Assembly: GCF_039851975.1 (NCBI RefSeq)
Contig: NZ_CP156660.1
Coordinates: 1,647,035-1,679,034, forward strand
Direction: 5' to 3'
From: Desulfoscipio sp. XC116
GTDB lineage: Bacteria > Bacillota > Desulfotomaculia > Desulfotomaculales > Desulfallaceae
Length of the DNA stretch: 32,000 bases
Below are positions 16,748 through 24,942 of the stretch, piece after piece. Position numbers and translations under genes: made by a program. The number at the start of each line of letters is the position of its first letter. The stretch's first letter is position 1. The notes under the pieces are model-generated. The model was not told where the DNA came from. It was given only the letters and a program-made list of their open reading frames with translations, and searched no databases.

Positions 16748-18943
16748 TTACATCAACGGATCCATAGTCAGTGCGGGGTGCCCTTTCTCTTCCAGGAAGG
16801 ACATAATTTCCTCGCCGCTGGTACCTACGGTTTCGTCGGCAATCTTATCCACAAAGTCTTTGCCCAAACTGGCGTTTTCCGCCGCTTCTTCCAGGGCGGG
16901 CCGCAGCTCTTCCTTCAGTGCCTTGGGTATCCACACCAGCCTGCCCAAGCCGCCGTCGGCGGGCACAAACTTGGGTGAGCCCAGGTATGATTTGCCGATG
17001 CCCATGAAGCCGGGCATCTGAGCGCCGCCGCCGATGGTGCCGGCCAGCGTGGAGAAGGTCATACCGGACGGGGTCATGCCGCCGTGCTCCCGGTTTACGA
17101 CCATAAAGCCGTTGCATTCGGGCACCATGGCCAGGATGCACTCAAAGCAGCCGCAGGAGGTCATCGGGTATTCCATAATGGTATAGAAGTTAACGGCCTC
17201 AACAGTGCGCTGAGAGTTAACAAATGTGAATTCGTTAAAGGACTTCCACTGGCCCTTGACTTCGTCTATTACGCCTTCCTTGGGAACGGGCTGATTGGCG
17301 CCGTGCGGGTTAATTTCATAAGCCGCTTTGGCATCCAGCCAGCTCACCGCGCCGCACAGACCGACTCGCTCGGGGGCGATCACGCACACGTGGGTGGGCG
17401 CAAAGCTCTGGCACAGGGTGCAGGAGTAAAAGGTGTCCACTTTCTCGTCCCGCAGTTCTTTAAGGCGGTCGTCACGCTTCTTGTAATATTCGCGGGCCAA
17501 TTCGCGCATTTCCAGCACTTTTTGCTCGTCACTGTAAATGGTAACCGCAATGCGGTCCACGATAGCGGAGAATTCGGATTTAAACTTGGCGTACAGTATT
17601 TCGCCGATATGCTTTAAGCGGAAGCCCTTGGCATAGGCTTCTTTACTGATCCGAATCCAGTTGATATCCCGCTGGGCCGTGTGCCACAAACCTTCGCCGT
17701 AGTTGGAGAAGTAGTGGATGCGGCGCTCCAGCACGGGTTCAAAGTCTTCTTCCATCTTGCGGCCGTATACGTCCACGACGATACCGATGGGCATCCGGCT
17801 GCCTTCGGGTACGGTGTCGACGTCCGGGCCGACAAGCTCGATTTTACCGTCTTCAATGGTGTCGTCACCCATGCGCACCAGCTCGAAGCCGGGGGTCTTG
17901 GTGCCGCCGAATTCAACGTACATATCCTTCTTGCGGATGGACTCGCCTTCAAAGGCGGGACCCACGGTAATGGGCACGTCGATATCCACGGAGGTAATTT
18001 TAATGCCCCGTACTTCCAGACAGGTTTGTACGATCTTCTCATAGTCGGGCTCGCTGACGAACCAGTCTTTAATTTGCTTGTCCTCGGGCAGCTCCTGGTC
18101 GGTGATGACCGGGAAGCCCACGTTGATGGCGCCCATGGCGGCGGCGGTCTTGACCATGTCATGTTCGCCCAGGTACAGGATGAAGGCCAGCACGCGGCGG
18201 CGCTGGTAATCGCGCTGAGCGTTGTAGTTGCCCGGCTTAATACCGCCGAACATCATACCGGCACGCAGTGCGTAGTTGGCGGCGTGAACAACTTGAGTGA
18301 AATTGCCCAGCGGGTAGGCGATGTAATCCACACCCAGCTTGACGCCTTCTTCAAGTAATTGCTCAATTATTTCGTCACACAAGAACAGCATCATGCCTTT
18401 GGCCATCAGACTGTCCACAATTTTCTTGGCCGACTTGCTGTCCTTGGCGCGACCCAGGATTACAGCTTCACCGGGGATGGTCCAGTCCACCATTTTGGTG
18501 CCGTACTGGCGTACCACGGGATCCCCGACGAACCCGGTCCAGGGAGCTACGTGCAGCGGATTTTCGGGAGTGTTTTTAATATACCTGACAGCCTCGATAA
18601 TATCGGCGGCGTACCAGGTAGCTTCGCCCCACTTGCGGGCGTTGGCAAAAGTTTTTTCTTCTTTAACGGCGGCCCGCATACGGTTGAGCACCGGTACACA
18701 GTCGCCCAGAGTTTTGATTTCTTCACCGCTTAAGCAGCGGATGACCGGCAGAAAGTAAGCAGTATCAGGATAAGCTACGGGTTGATCCTTGCCGTAGGTG
18801 CGGATAGCCTGATTGAGCAGTATCTCCGCGTAGCTGAGGGCGGTAATAGTGCCCTCGTAGGCTTCCTTGAACAGCTTTTTGGGCTCCTTGCCCGCTTCGA
18901 TGGCGCCTTCGAAAATTTGATCAAAGTTAATAGCTTCGCTCAC
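16748..18943 (-). CDS. acsB: Acetyl-CoA synthase (CODH/ACS alpha subunit) AcsB
   Basis: 731 aa starting MSEAINFDQIFEGAIEAGKEPKKLF, with the A-cluster region ...CGCFECI.... GTG start with a GGGAGGG RBS. Confidence 0.95.
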   Translation of the reverse strand: MSEAINFDQIFEGAIEAGKEPKKLFKEAYEGTITALSYAEILLNQAIRTYGKDQPVAYPDTAYFLPVIRCLSGEEIKTLGDCVPVLNRMRAAVKEEKTFANARKWGEATWYAADIIEAVRYIKNTPENPLHVAPWTGFVGDPVVRQYGTKMVDWTIPGEAVILGRAKDSKSAKKIVDSLMAKGMMLFLCDEIIEQLLEEGVKLGVDYIAYPLGNFTQVVHAANYALRAGMMFGGIKPGNYNAQRDYQRRRVLAFILYLGEHDMVKTAAAMGAINVGFPVITDQELPEDKQIKDWFVSEPDYEKIVQTCLEVRGIKITSVDIDVPITVGPAFEGESIRKKDMYVEFGGTKTPGFELVRMGDDTIEDGKIELVGPDVDTVPEGSRMPIGIVVDVYGRKMEEDFEPVLERRIHYFSNYGEGLWHTAQRDINWIRISKEAYAKGFRLKHIGEILYAKFKSEFSAIVDRIAVTIYSDEQKVLEMRELAREYYKKRDDRLKELRDEKVDTFYSCTLCQSFAPTHVCVIAPERVGLCGAVSWLDAKAAYEINPHGANQPVPKEGVIDEVKGQWKSFNEFTFVNSQRTVEAVNFYTIMEYPMTSCGCFECILAMVPECNGFMVVNREHGGMTPSGMTFSTLAGTIGGGAQMPGFMGIGKSYLGSPKFVPADGGLGRLVWIPKALKEELRPALEEAAENASLGKDFVDKIADETVGTSGEEIMSFLEEKGHPALTMDPLM

Positions 18944-18970
18944 TTCTAATTCCCTCCCTTTCGTGGTATT

Positions 18971-20992
18971 TTACCAGTTTTGGCACAGGCTGGTATCCAA
19001 ATCCTCAGCCACCCGGCGGTGTACGCCCAATTTCCAAGCTCTGTATTCCAGAGCGTTAAGCAGTTTTTGAATAGATGTTTCGATATCGGGCTCGAGAATG
19101 AAATAACCGCCAAACACGTCGCCGGCTATTTGGGTAAGGATGCTGTAAATAAGATCGCAGCCTTCCACCGGCGGCATGGTACCCACATGGGTGGGTAGTC
19201 CAATGGTTACAGCCCAGGTGCCGATACTGGTAGCTTTACCACTCATGGCTTCAGGAGCAGAAGCTACAAAAGGCACCTTCGGGGTGTCTACGCCTAAATC
19301 TCCCGCCATTAACATCAACAGCTCAGCTGCCCGGGAGTTGTCCACACAAGATCCAATGTGGAATATCGGCGGCAGGCCATACTTCAGGTTGGCGTTGGCA
19401 CTGATGCGCTTATAGAAACTCTTGAGTCCATCGCCGCAATATTCATCCACCTTGCCGGGATCCATCAGTCCGGCCTTGGCACAAGCCTGGGCATGGCAAC
19501 CGGTTGAAATAACAAATACGTCATTTTGCAGCATGCCTTTGGCGATTTCGATGTGCGCCTGATCCTGGAAGGTTTTCAGGTTGGAGCAGCCTACCATAAA
19601 GGCTACGCCTTTTACCTCGCCGTTCATTATGGCATCATTTAAAACTCTGATGGGATTATCGGGATTAACGGACTTAAATACTTCCAAAATAGCTTCCAGA
19701 CTCCAACCGGCCACAACCTTATTCTTCACATTGGGGATGTGCACCGGACGATTGCCGCGCTCTTTGAAGGCCTCAATGCCGTAATGGATTACTTCTTTGG
19801 CGTTTTCCATCGCCGTGGCTTCCTGATAGTCGATGTGCATAGTGCCAGGGTTCTTAACGAGATCTGAAGTTGTGATCAGTTTGGTGCCGAAGCATTGGGC
19901 TACGGTGTTCAAACCCGGCATAATGCACTGTACGTCAACTACCATGCAGTCCACGGCGCCGGTGCAAATGGCCAGTTCCTGGGATGAGAAAGAAGTAACC
20001 AGGGGTATCCCTTGGCGCATAAGCACTTCGTTACCGGTGCAGCAGATGCCGGAGAGCTGAATACCCGCGGCGCCCGCAGCCTTGGCTTCATCTTCCAATT
20101 CCCTGGCCGCAGCAACGATCATTTCACTGAGCAGCGGGTTATGACCGTGTAGAACAATATTGACTTTAGAAGGCTCCAGCACGCCCATATTGGCCTCGCT
20201 CATCACAGGTTGGGGTGTGCCAAAAATAATATCCGAAATGTCGGTGGCAATCCACTTGCCGGCCAGGTCGGCCAAACCTACCCGTACCGCACTGAATACC
20301 AGGTTTACGGGGTCATTGTCCATACCTACATGGGCTTGAGTGACCAAATCGGAAATAGTGGCATGAACCCCGTGGGGCATTACATTGCGTTCCCGATAGT
20401 TCGCATTTCTTTCTTTGGTAACCATATTGGCAATCCAGGTGGCTTCGCCTTCGCCTTTAAGCCGTTTGAAGTCTTCCAGCGCTTTTTCAGCCAGTTCTTT
20501 GGCCAAGGTGTTATTATCTTTACCTTCTGTTTCAATGTCTACCTTGCGGCAGATTCTAAGCAGCTTTTCCGGGTCTTTAATAGAATAATCCGGCGCGTGG
20601 CCTTCGGCGATCATATGCAGTACGTGAGCAATGTGATTACCGTGCTGAGCGTGGGACGCGCAGCCTGTGAGGATCATCAGGCCAACGCTGCGAGCTACGA
20701 TGGTCCAGGCATTGGCGCCACAGATACCTCTGCTGGCAGGGCCTTCATCTGCTTTAATACGGCAGGGACCCATCATGCAGAAACGGCAGCAAATACCTTT
20801 ATAGCCGAATTGACATTGCGGCTGTTGGGCCAGTACCCGGTCAAAAGCTGTAATTATCCCTTTTTCTTTGGCCACATCGATCATCTCAAGAGCCGCAGGG
20901 TCAACAGTGCGCTTGACGTTTTTAGGTTCAATAACCCGTGGCGACTTGTTCGAAGGCCGACTGGTCAGGCTTATATCTCTAAACCTTGGCAT
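18971..20992 (-). CDS. acsA: Ni-Fe carbon monoxide dehydrogenase catalytic subunit AcsA/CooS
   Basis: 673 aa with the N-terminal Cys cluster QCQFGYKGICCRFCMMGPCRI and CODH-type motifs throughout. AAGGAGG RBS. Confidence 0.95.
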   Translation of the reverse strand: MPRFRDISLTSRPSNKSPRVIEPKNVKRTVDPAALEMIDVAKEKGIITAFDRVLAQQPQCQFGYKGICCRFCMMGPCRIKADEGPASRGICGANAWTIVARSVGLMILTGCASHAQHGNHIAHVLHMIAEGHAPDYSIKDPEKLLRICRKVDIETEGKDNNTLAKELAEKALEDFKRLKGEGEATWIANMVTKERNANYRERNVMPHGVHATISDLVTQAHVGMDNDPVNLVFSAVRVGLADLAGKWIATDISDIIFGTPQPVMSEANMGVLEPSKVNIVLHGHNPLLSEMIVAAARELEDEAKAAGAAGIQLSGICCTGNEVLMRQGIPLVTSFSSQELAICTGAVDCMVVDVQCIMPGLNTVAQCFGTKLITTSDLVKNPGTMHIDYQEATAMENAKEVIHYGIEAFKERGNRPVHIPNVKNKVVAGWSLEAILEVFKSVNPDNPIRVLNDAIMNGEVKGVAFMVGCSNLKTFQDQAHIEIAKGMLQNDVFVISTGCHAQACAKAGLMDPGKVDEYCGDGLKSFYKRISANANLKYGLPPIFHIGSCVDNSRAAELLMLMAGDLGVDTPKVPFVASAPEAMSGKATSIGTWAVTIGLPTHVGTMPPVEGCDLIYSILTQIAGDVFGGYFILEPDIETSIQKLLNALEYRAWKLGVHRRVAEDLDTSLCQNW

Positions 20993-21107
20993 TACTTTAA
21001 CCTCCTTAAGAAAGATAGTTGATTAACTTACATGGTTCAGCCGAAGAAACTCCCCCCATAACTTCAGACCGCCCCAATAGCTGATAATTATATATGGCTT
21101 TTCCTTG

Positions 21108-21875
21108 TTATCGATCACCTGCCTCCTCCGAAATTTTAAGGCAAATCTGCTGCATCTCCGCCAGTAATTCTCCCCCAAATTCCGTGGCTTGAGAAGGTTC
21201 CATAGCATTTGCCCAAATAGATTCGGAAAATTTTATAAACCCCAGGATTATATTGCCCGGGAAAATTGATTCAATAAAATTTTTTTCTTTTTCTGTGTGA
21301 ATTTTATTGGCGATAATACCTACTTTTTTAATACCCAGGTCGCTTGCCATTCTCTGTACGTTTTTAGCTGTATTGACGCTGTTGCGGCTGGGTTCAACCA
21401 CTACCAGCATCATATCCACTCCCCGGGCCGTGCCCCTGCTCAAATGTTCAATACCGGCGCCCATATCCATAATAACGGTATCTTTTTTGTCCAGCAGCAG
21501 CGATGTTACCAGGGCATTTAAAAATGTATTCTCTCTGCAGTAACAATCCGAACCGCCCTTTTTAGGATCGCCCATGCGAAAAAAGCGGATGTTATTAAAT
21601 TTATAGCTGTAATCATCTAAAAAATCATCTAATTTGGGGTTAAGTACGTAAATCGCACCGTCGCCAATTTTATTGCGAATGGCATCACGCATTTCCACAA
21701 CCGGCTTAAGCTTAACAGCCTCTTCCTCGGGTATGCCGATAGCCGCGGCCAGACAGGCATCCGGGTCGGCATCAATGGCGTAAACGGTGCCCTTGTTTTG
21801 GGCAAATATTTTAGCCAGTGCTGAGGCAATCGTTGTCTTGCCAACGCCGCCTTTACCTGATATAGCTAGTTTCAT
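21108..21875 (-). CDS. cooC: CooC-type CODH Ni-insertion ATPase
   Basis: Walker A ISGKGGVGKTT and a CxC motif (DCYC). It is the first gene of the acs unit. I prefer the ATG at 21875 over the GTG at 21884. Confidence 0.88.
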   Translation of the reverse strand: MKLAISGKGGVGKTTIASALAKIFAQNKGTVYAIDADPDACLAAAIGIPEEEAVKLKPVVEMRDAIRNKIGDGAIYVLNPKLDDFLDDYSYKFNNIRFFRMGDPKKGGSDCYCRENTFLNALVTSLLLDKKDTVIMDMGAGIEHLSRGTARGVDMMLVVVEPSRNSVNTAKNVQRMASDLGIKKVGIIANKIHTEKEKNFIESIFPGNIILGFIKFSESIWANAMEPSQATEFGGELLAEMQQICLKISEEAGDR

Positions 21876-22148
21876 TACTACCACCCCTGCTCTGTTTTAG
21901 TTAAATATTGGATGCGCGCGTTAGTGACTAAAAATTCAGTTATCAACTAAAAATGATTCAACAACAAATAAGCGATCTCCTGCAATAGTTGGACAAATAA
22001 ATTTATTGCTGTTGCCGGTATTGTGCCGGGTATTTATAATTATTTTAATTTTTTTAAAAACTTGAATTATAATTTCGACATATATTCTGAAAAATCCTGC
22101 TCGCCGGTGATAAAAAATGAACGTATGGCAATATAGCATACCCTGTGT

Positions 22149-23246
22149 TTAGGGGAACATAAGAAACTTTTTGCGCAGCCATCTGTATTGAAAAATATAG
22201 CCAATTATTAATATAATAAGAATAAAAGTTCCCAAAAACTTCAATATTTTTATTTGCCTGCTCAGCTTTTGTACAGTGTTGTCTTTTTCTGAAATAATTC
22301 TGTGTATGTTTTCTCTTTCCTTCTTTATATCTTCTTTTTGTATCTTAACTGATCGCTGTTCTTTTTGAAGTATGCTGATTTGTTGATTATAATGACGGCA
22401 TTCCTTTTGCAAATCAATGATTCTACGGTTTAAATTATTAATTGACTGACTTGATGTTAGCGGCAGGCTTTCGTAAAGAATATTGCCGGGCATTTGGGTT
22501 GGCGGTGTGATGCCATATATACTGCATATGGTTGGTGCAATATCCATTTGGCGGCAATGGTGAAAGCTTTTGGGCTGATTTGTGCTAATATTAAATACAA
22601 TTAACGGAGGCTCTTCGCCGCCGCCGGTAATTATAATAGTTGAATAAGCCAGTTTATCCAGTTGAATAAGATGGTTTAATATTCTGCCTATCTGGTTGTC
22701 GGCCAGTGACCACTGTTGAAATGCAGCGGAGTTATTTAATTTACCCGGGGCGCTGATGTCGTCCAGGTAAATGGCTGTAAATTGATAAAGAGACTTGTTT
22801 GTTTTATTCAAAAACTTGTCCACGGCCAGTCGATCATTTTTCTCTATGATTAATTCCAAACGGTTTTCCCGGGCCGGCGAAGCAGTTATAGTCCCCGTGC
22901 CGTCTACGGCAAGGCAATCAATACTGTTGTCGCTAAGGGTTTGGGGTAATAGGAACCGGTTGTTTGCCGGTCCCAAAACGCTTGCGCTTGTGACCTGTTC
23001 TTGTGATGACACTGTTTTAGACAAATGTTGGTAGCTAATTCCTTCACTTTTTAGCTTTTTCATATTAGGCAGTCCGGGACCGTCTATGTCTGCGTTATTT
23101 AAACCCTGTATAAAAAATAAAAGAGTGTATTTTTTGGGGTTGTCCGCATCATTGTCACCGGCTGTTGCTGTTAACGGCTGAAACACACTTCCTGAAACAA
23201 GGGCTGAGGTAAATATCAACATGGCCCATAAAATATTTTTAAGCAT
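22149..23246 (-). CDS. Secreted, C-terminally membrane-anchored protein with a degenerate alkaline-phosphatase-superfamily-like domain and a coiled coil
   Basis: Signal peptide MLKNILWAMLIFTSALVSGSVF..ATA. An AP/NPP-like N-terminal strand (KKYTLLFFIQGLNNADIDGPGLPNMKKLKSEGISY) and C-terminal patch (DIAPTICSIYGITPP). A heptad-rich segment (aa ~270-335) and a terminal TM helix FLGTFILIILIIGYIF. GGGGG RBS 7 nt upstream. Confidence 0.7.
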   Translation of the reverse strand: MLKNILWAMLIFTSALVSGSVFQPLTATAGDNDADNPKKYTLLFFIQGLNNADIDGPGLPNMKKLKSEGISYQHLSKTVSSQEQVTSASVLGPANNRFLLPQTLSDNSIDCLAVDGTGTITASPARENRLELIIEKNDRLAVDKFLNKTNKSLYQFTAIYLDDISAPGKLNNSAAFQQWSLADNQIGRILNHLIQLDKLAYSTIIITGGGEEPPLIVFNISTNQPKSFHHCRQMDIAPTICSIYGITPPTQMPGNILYESLPLTSSQSINNLNRRIIDLQKECRHYNQQISILQKEQRSVKIQKEDIKKERENIHRIISEKDNTVQKLSRQIKILKFLGTFILIILIIGYIFQYRWLRKKFLMFP

Positions 23247-23483
23247 AAAAAAACCCCCTTACTTATTTGCACAATATACTTATAGTAAGAGGTGTCTATT
23301 ATTTATGACTCCGATCTTTCGTTATGTTTCGAGATTATAATTGCCTGTACAGATAATGTTGCTTTTTTAAGTTATAATGTGACACAATCTGTGTATTTTC
23401 CTTGGGTGGCACGCATATGAATAGTAACTTGGGTTACTGGTTATAATGTTAATACTCCGCTTTGGTGAGTTCTATCTCTCCCC

Positions 23484-23510
23484 GTCCGGCTTAAATGCCG
23501 GACTTTTTTT
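23484..23510 (+). terminator. Orphan plus-strand intrinsic terminator
   Basis: GTCCGGC-TTAAAT-GCCGGAC followed by TTTTTTT. There is no annotated plus-strand gene upstream. Confidence 0.6.
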
Positions 23511-23566
23511 GATATCGAACACAAGAGTTTGAGGTTTTGAAATAATAAAAATATTGATGCTTCCTC

Positions 23567-23594
23567 ATAAAAAAAACCCGGCACCAACCGGGGT
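23567..23594 (-). terminator. Terminator after tRNA-Leu
   Basis: Minus-strand RNA: ACCCGG-UUGGUG-CCGGGU followed by UUUUUUUUAUG. It begins 5 nt after the tRNA 3' end. Confidence 0.7.
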
Positions 23595-23599
23595 CTTTC

Positions 23600-23686
23600 T
23601 GGTGCGGCAGAGAGGACTTGAACCTCCACACCCTGACGGGCATAAGAACCTGAATCTTACGCGTCTGCCAATTCCGCCACTGCCGC
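23600..23686 (-). tRNA. tRNA-Leu (anticodon CAG), CCA encoded
   Basis: 87 nt: GCGGCAG acceptor, anticodon arm TAAGA-TTCAGGT-TCTTA, long variable arm, GGTTCAAGTCC T-loop, ...CTGCCGCACCA. Confidence 0.93.
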
Positions 23687-23738
23687 ATATAACCCTTATT
23701 CTGCAACGGTTAAAATTCTGATCATCCGCGCAGAAATA

Positions 23739-23767
23739 ATATTAACACAGTTAATGTAGCATGTCAA
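23739..23767 (-). promoter_or_regulatory. Sigma-A-type promoter for tRNA-Leu
   Basis: Minus strand: TTGACA - 17 nt - TAATAT, with TGT immediately upstream of the -10 box. It lies about 50 nt upstream of the tRNA 5' end. Confidence 0.6.
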
Positions 23768-23795
23768 CAAGGCAAATATATCTTTTCCCCCAATT

Positions 23796-23833
23796 GAAAA
23801 GCTGCTTTCGACCAGAGCCGAAAGCAGCTTTTC
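23796..23833 (-). terminator. Terminator hairpin after the ferredoxin gene (symmetric, possibly bidirectional)
   Basis: GAAAAGCTGCTTTCG-(8 nt)-CGAAAGCAGCTTTTC, a perfect 15-bp stem whose ends are A/U tracts. It starts 3 nt after the stop codon. Confidence 0.65.
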
Positions 23834-23835
23834 AA

Positions 23836-24078
23836 CTAGGCTGCATTTGAAATTTTGGAAATTGCTCCACTGGGACACGCCCGGAAGCATTTTCCGCAAC
23901 GGGTGCAATTGTCAAGGTTAATGGCGTAGTTTACGGTATCATCAATGTAAATGCCGTTAAACTTGCATTCCACTTCACAGGCCGCACAGGCCATGCACTT
24001 AGTGGCATCTAAAACATAATTAAACTTAAACTTCTTCTTTTCAGCCAACTTTACATCCCCCTTCCCTTGTCTTAACAT
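23836..24078 (-). CDS. Small 2x[4Fe-4S] ferredoxin
   Basis: CMACAACEVEC and CTRCGKCFRACP motifs. The true start may be the TTG at 24048 (GGGAAGGGGGA RBS 7 nt upstream) rather than the ATG at 24078. Confidence 0.8.
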   Translation of the reverse strand: MLRQGKGDVKLAEKKKFKFNYVLDATKCMACAACEVECKFNGIYIDDTVNYAINLDNCTRCGKCFRACPSGAISKISNAA

Positions 24079-24084
24079 AATAAA

Positions 24085-24114
24085 TTGATTATCAGAAAAG
24101 TTCTACACTATAAA
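24085..24114 (+). promoter_or_regulatory. Candidate plus-strand promoter
   Basis: TTGATT - 18 nt - TATAAA, about 100 nt upstream of the small ORF at 24222. Confidence 0.4.
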
Positions 24115-24221
24115 AATGAAATCCTGCTATATTTAATACATAATATCAAAAAAAATATTTATGCTATGAAGTAGTAAGTAAAAGGTAAATTGATAACTAT
24201 AAGTTTCGGAGGTGTTAACTA

Positions 24222-24350
24222 ATGGCGAAAAGGATTGCAGGATTGTTGGCTAAAAATACAACAGGCTATCGCCCGGTATGGGATATGGGCAGGGCGGCTG
24301 ATATGAAAAAAAAGCAAAAATTAAGAGGTGTAAACCGGCCCAGTACATAA
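24222..24350 (+). CDS. Hypothetical small basic protein (42 aa), below the ORF-track cutoff
   Basis: GGAGGTG RBS 7 nt upstream of the ATG. Product MAKRIAGLLAKNTTGYRPVWDMGRAADMKKKQKLRGVNRPST. No homology recognised. Confidence 0.35.
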   Translation: MAKRIAGLLAKNTTGYRPVWDMGRAADMKKKQKLRGVNRPST

Positions 24351-24450
24351 ATGCCGGTGATATTGTGCTGGATGTATCTGATGGGTACTTCGCGAAAAAA
24401 AGTAAAAATGCTTAAGAGTTTATTTAAAATGCCTATTGATAAAAATTAGT

Positions 24451-24490
24451 ATAAAAACACTCAAGGAACAGGTTTCTGCTCCTGCTCCTT
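24451..24490 (-). terminator. Terminator after the tRNA operon
   Basis: Minus-strand RNA: AAGGAGCAGG-(8 nt)-CCUGUUCCUU (10 bp including one G-U pair) followed by GAGUGUUUUUAU. It begins 3 nt after tRNA-Gln. Confidence 0.55.
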
Positions 24491-24493
24491 CTC

Positions 24494-24568
24494 TGGCTGG
24501 GGCGGCTGGATTTGAACCAACGAGTGACGAGTTCAGAGCCCGTTGCCTTACCACTTGGCTACGCCCCA
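24494..24568 (-). tRNA. tRNA-Gln (anticodon CTG), CCA encoded
   Basis: 75 nt: UGGGGCG/CGCCCCA acceptor with U1-A72, anticodon loop CTCTGAA, GGTTCAAATCC T-loop. Confidence 0.93.
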
Positions 24569-24571
24569 TTA

Positions 24572-24656
24572 TGGTGGAGGGGGCAGGATTCGAACCTGCG
24601 AAGGCGTCGCCGGCAGATTTACAGTCTGCTCCCTTTGGCCGCTCGGGAACCCCTCC
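24572..24656 (-). tRNA. tRNA-Tyr (anticodon GTA), CCA encoded
   Basis: 85 nt: GGAGGGG acceptor, anticodon arm GCAGA-CTGTAAA-TCTGC, long variable arm, GGTTCGAATCC T-loop. Confidence 0.93.
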
Positions 24657-24663
24657 ATATATC

Positions 24664-24694
24664 GGGGACATTCCTCCGCGGGAGGAATGTCCCC
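24664..24694. repeat. GGGGACAT...ATGTCCCC palindromic hairpin element (copy 2) between tRNA-Glu and tRNA-Tyr
   Basis: GGGGACATTCCTCC-GCG-GGAGGAATGTCCCC, a perfect 14-bp stem. On the plus strand it is followed by TCTTTTT. Confidence 0.6.
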
Positions 24695-24703
24695 TCTTTT
24701 TAC

Positions 24704-24779
24704 TGGTGACCCCACCGGGATTCGAACCCGGGTTACCGCCGTGAAAGGGCGGTGTCTTAGGCCTCTTGACCATGGGGCC
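24704..24779 (-). tRNA. tRNA-Glu (anticodon TTC), CCA encoded
   Basis: 76 nt: GGCCCCA acceptor, anticodon arm CCGCC-CTTTCAC-GGCGG, GGTTCGAATCC T-loop. Confidence 0.93.
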
Positions 24780-24783
24780 TGCA

Positions 24784-24861
24784 TGGTCGGGATGGAGGGA
24801 TTTGAACCCCCGGCCTCTTGCTCCCAAGGCAAGCGCGCTAGCCAAACTGCGCTACATCCCG
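24784..24861 (-). tRNA. tRNA-Pro (anticodon TGG), CCA encoded
   Basis: 78 nt: CGGGATG/CATCCCG acceptor, anticodon arm CTTGC-CTTGGGA-GCAAG, GGTTCAAATCC T-loop. Confidence 0.93.
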
Positions 24862-24881
24862 AAATACTGAACGCAAAGACT

Positions 24882-24910
24882 ATTCTACTCTAAAAAGGGG
24901 TTAATGTCAA
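24882..24910 (-). promoter_or_regulatory. Sigma-A-type promoter of the tRNA Pro-Glu-Tyr-Gln operon
   Basis: Minus strand: TTGACA - 17 nt - TAGAAT, about 20 nt upstream of the tRNA-Pro 5' end. Confidence 0.6.
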
Positions 24911-24942
24911 TGTCTAGATGTCATTATCGCAGGGCAGTTTAT

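Noticed and set aside
16845-18358. Long alternate-frame and antisense ORFs inside acsB (for example 17614..18162, 17681..18358, 16845..17141)
   Set aside because: Their products are Arg/Pro/Ala-rich and low-complexity, as expected for off-frame reading of a GC-richer, highly conserved gene. None has an RBS.
21936-22139. 67-aa ORF in the AT-rich region upstream of cooC, and ORF 21023..21208
   Set aside because: One lies in intergenic promoter-like AT-rich sequence and the other overlaps cooC out of frame. Neither has an RBS, and the peptides are implausible.
24420-24893. Five ORFs (65-141 aa, both strands) across 24420..24893
   Set aside because: They are superimposed on four canonical tRNA genes. 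Their Gly/Pro/Arg-rich products are artefacts of GC-rich tRNA sequence.
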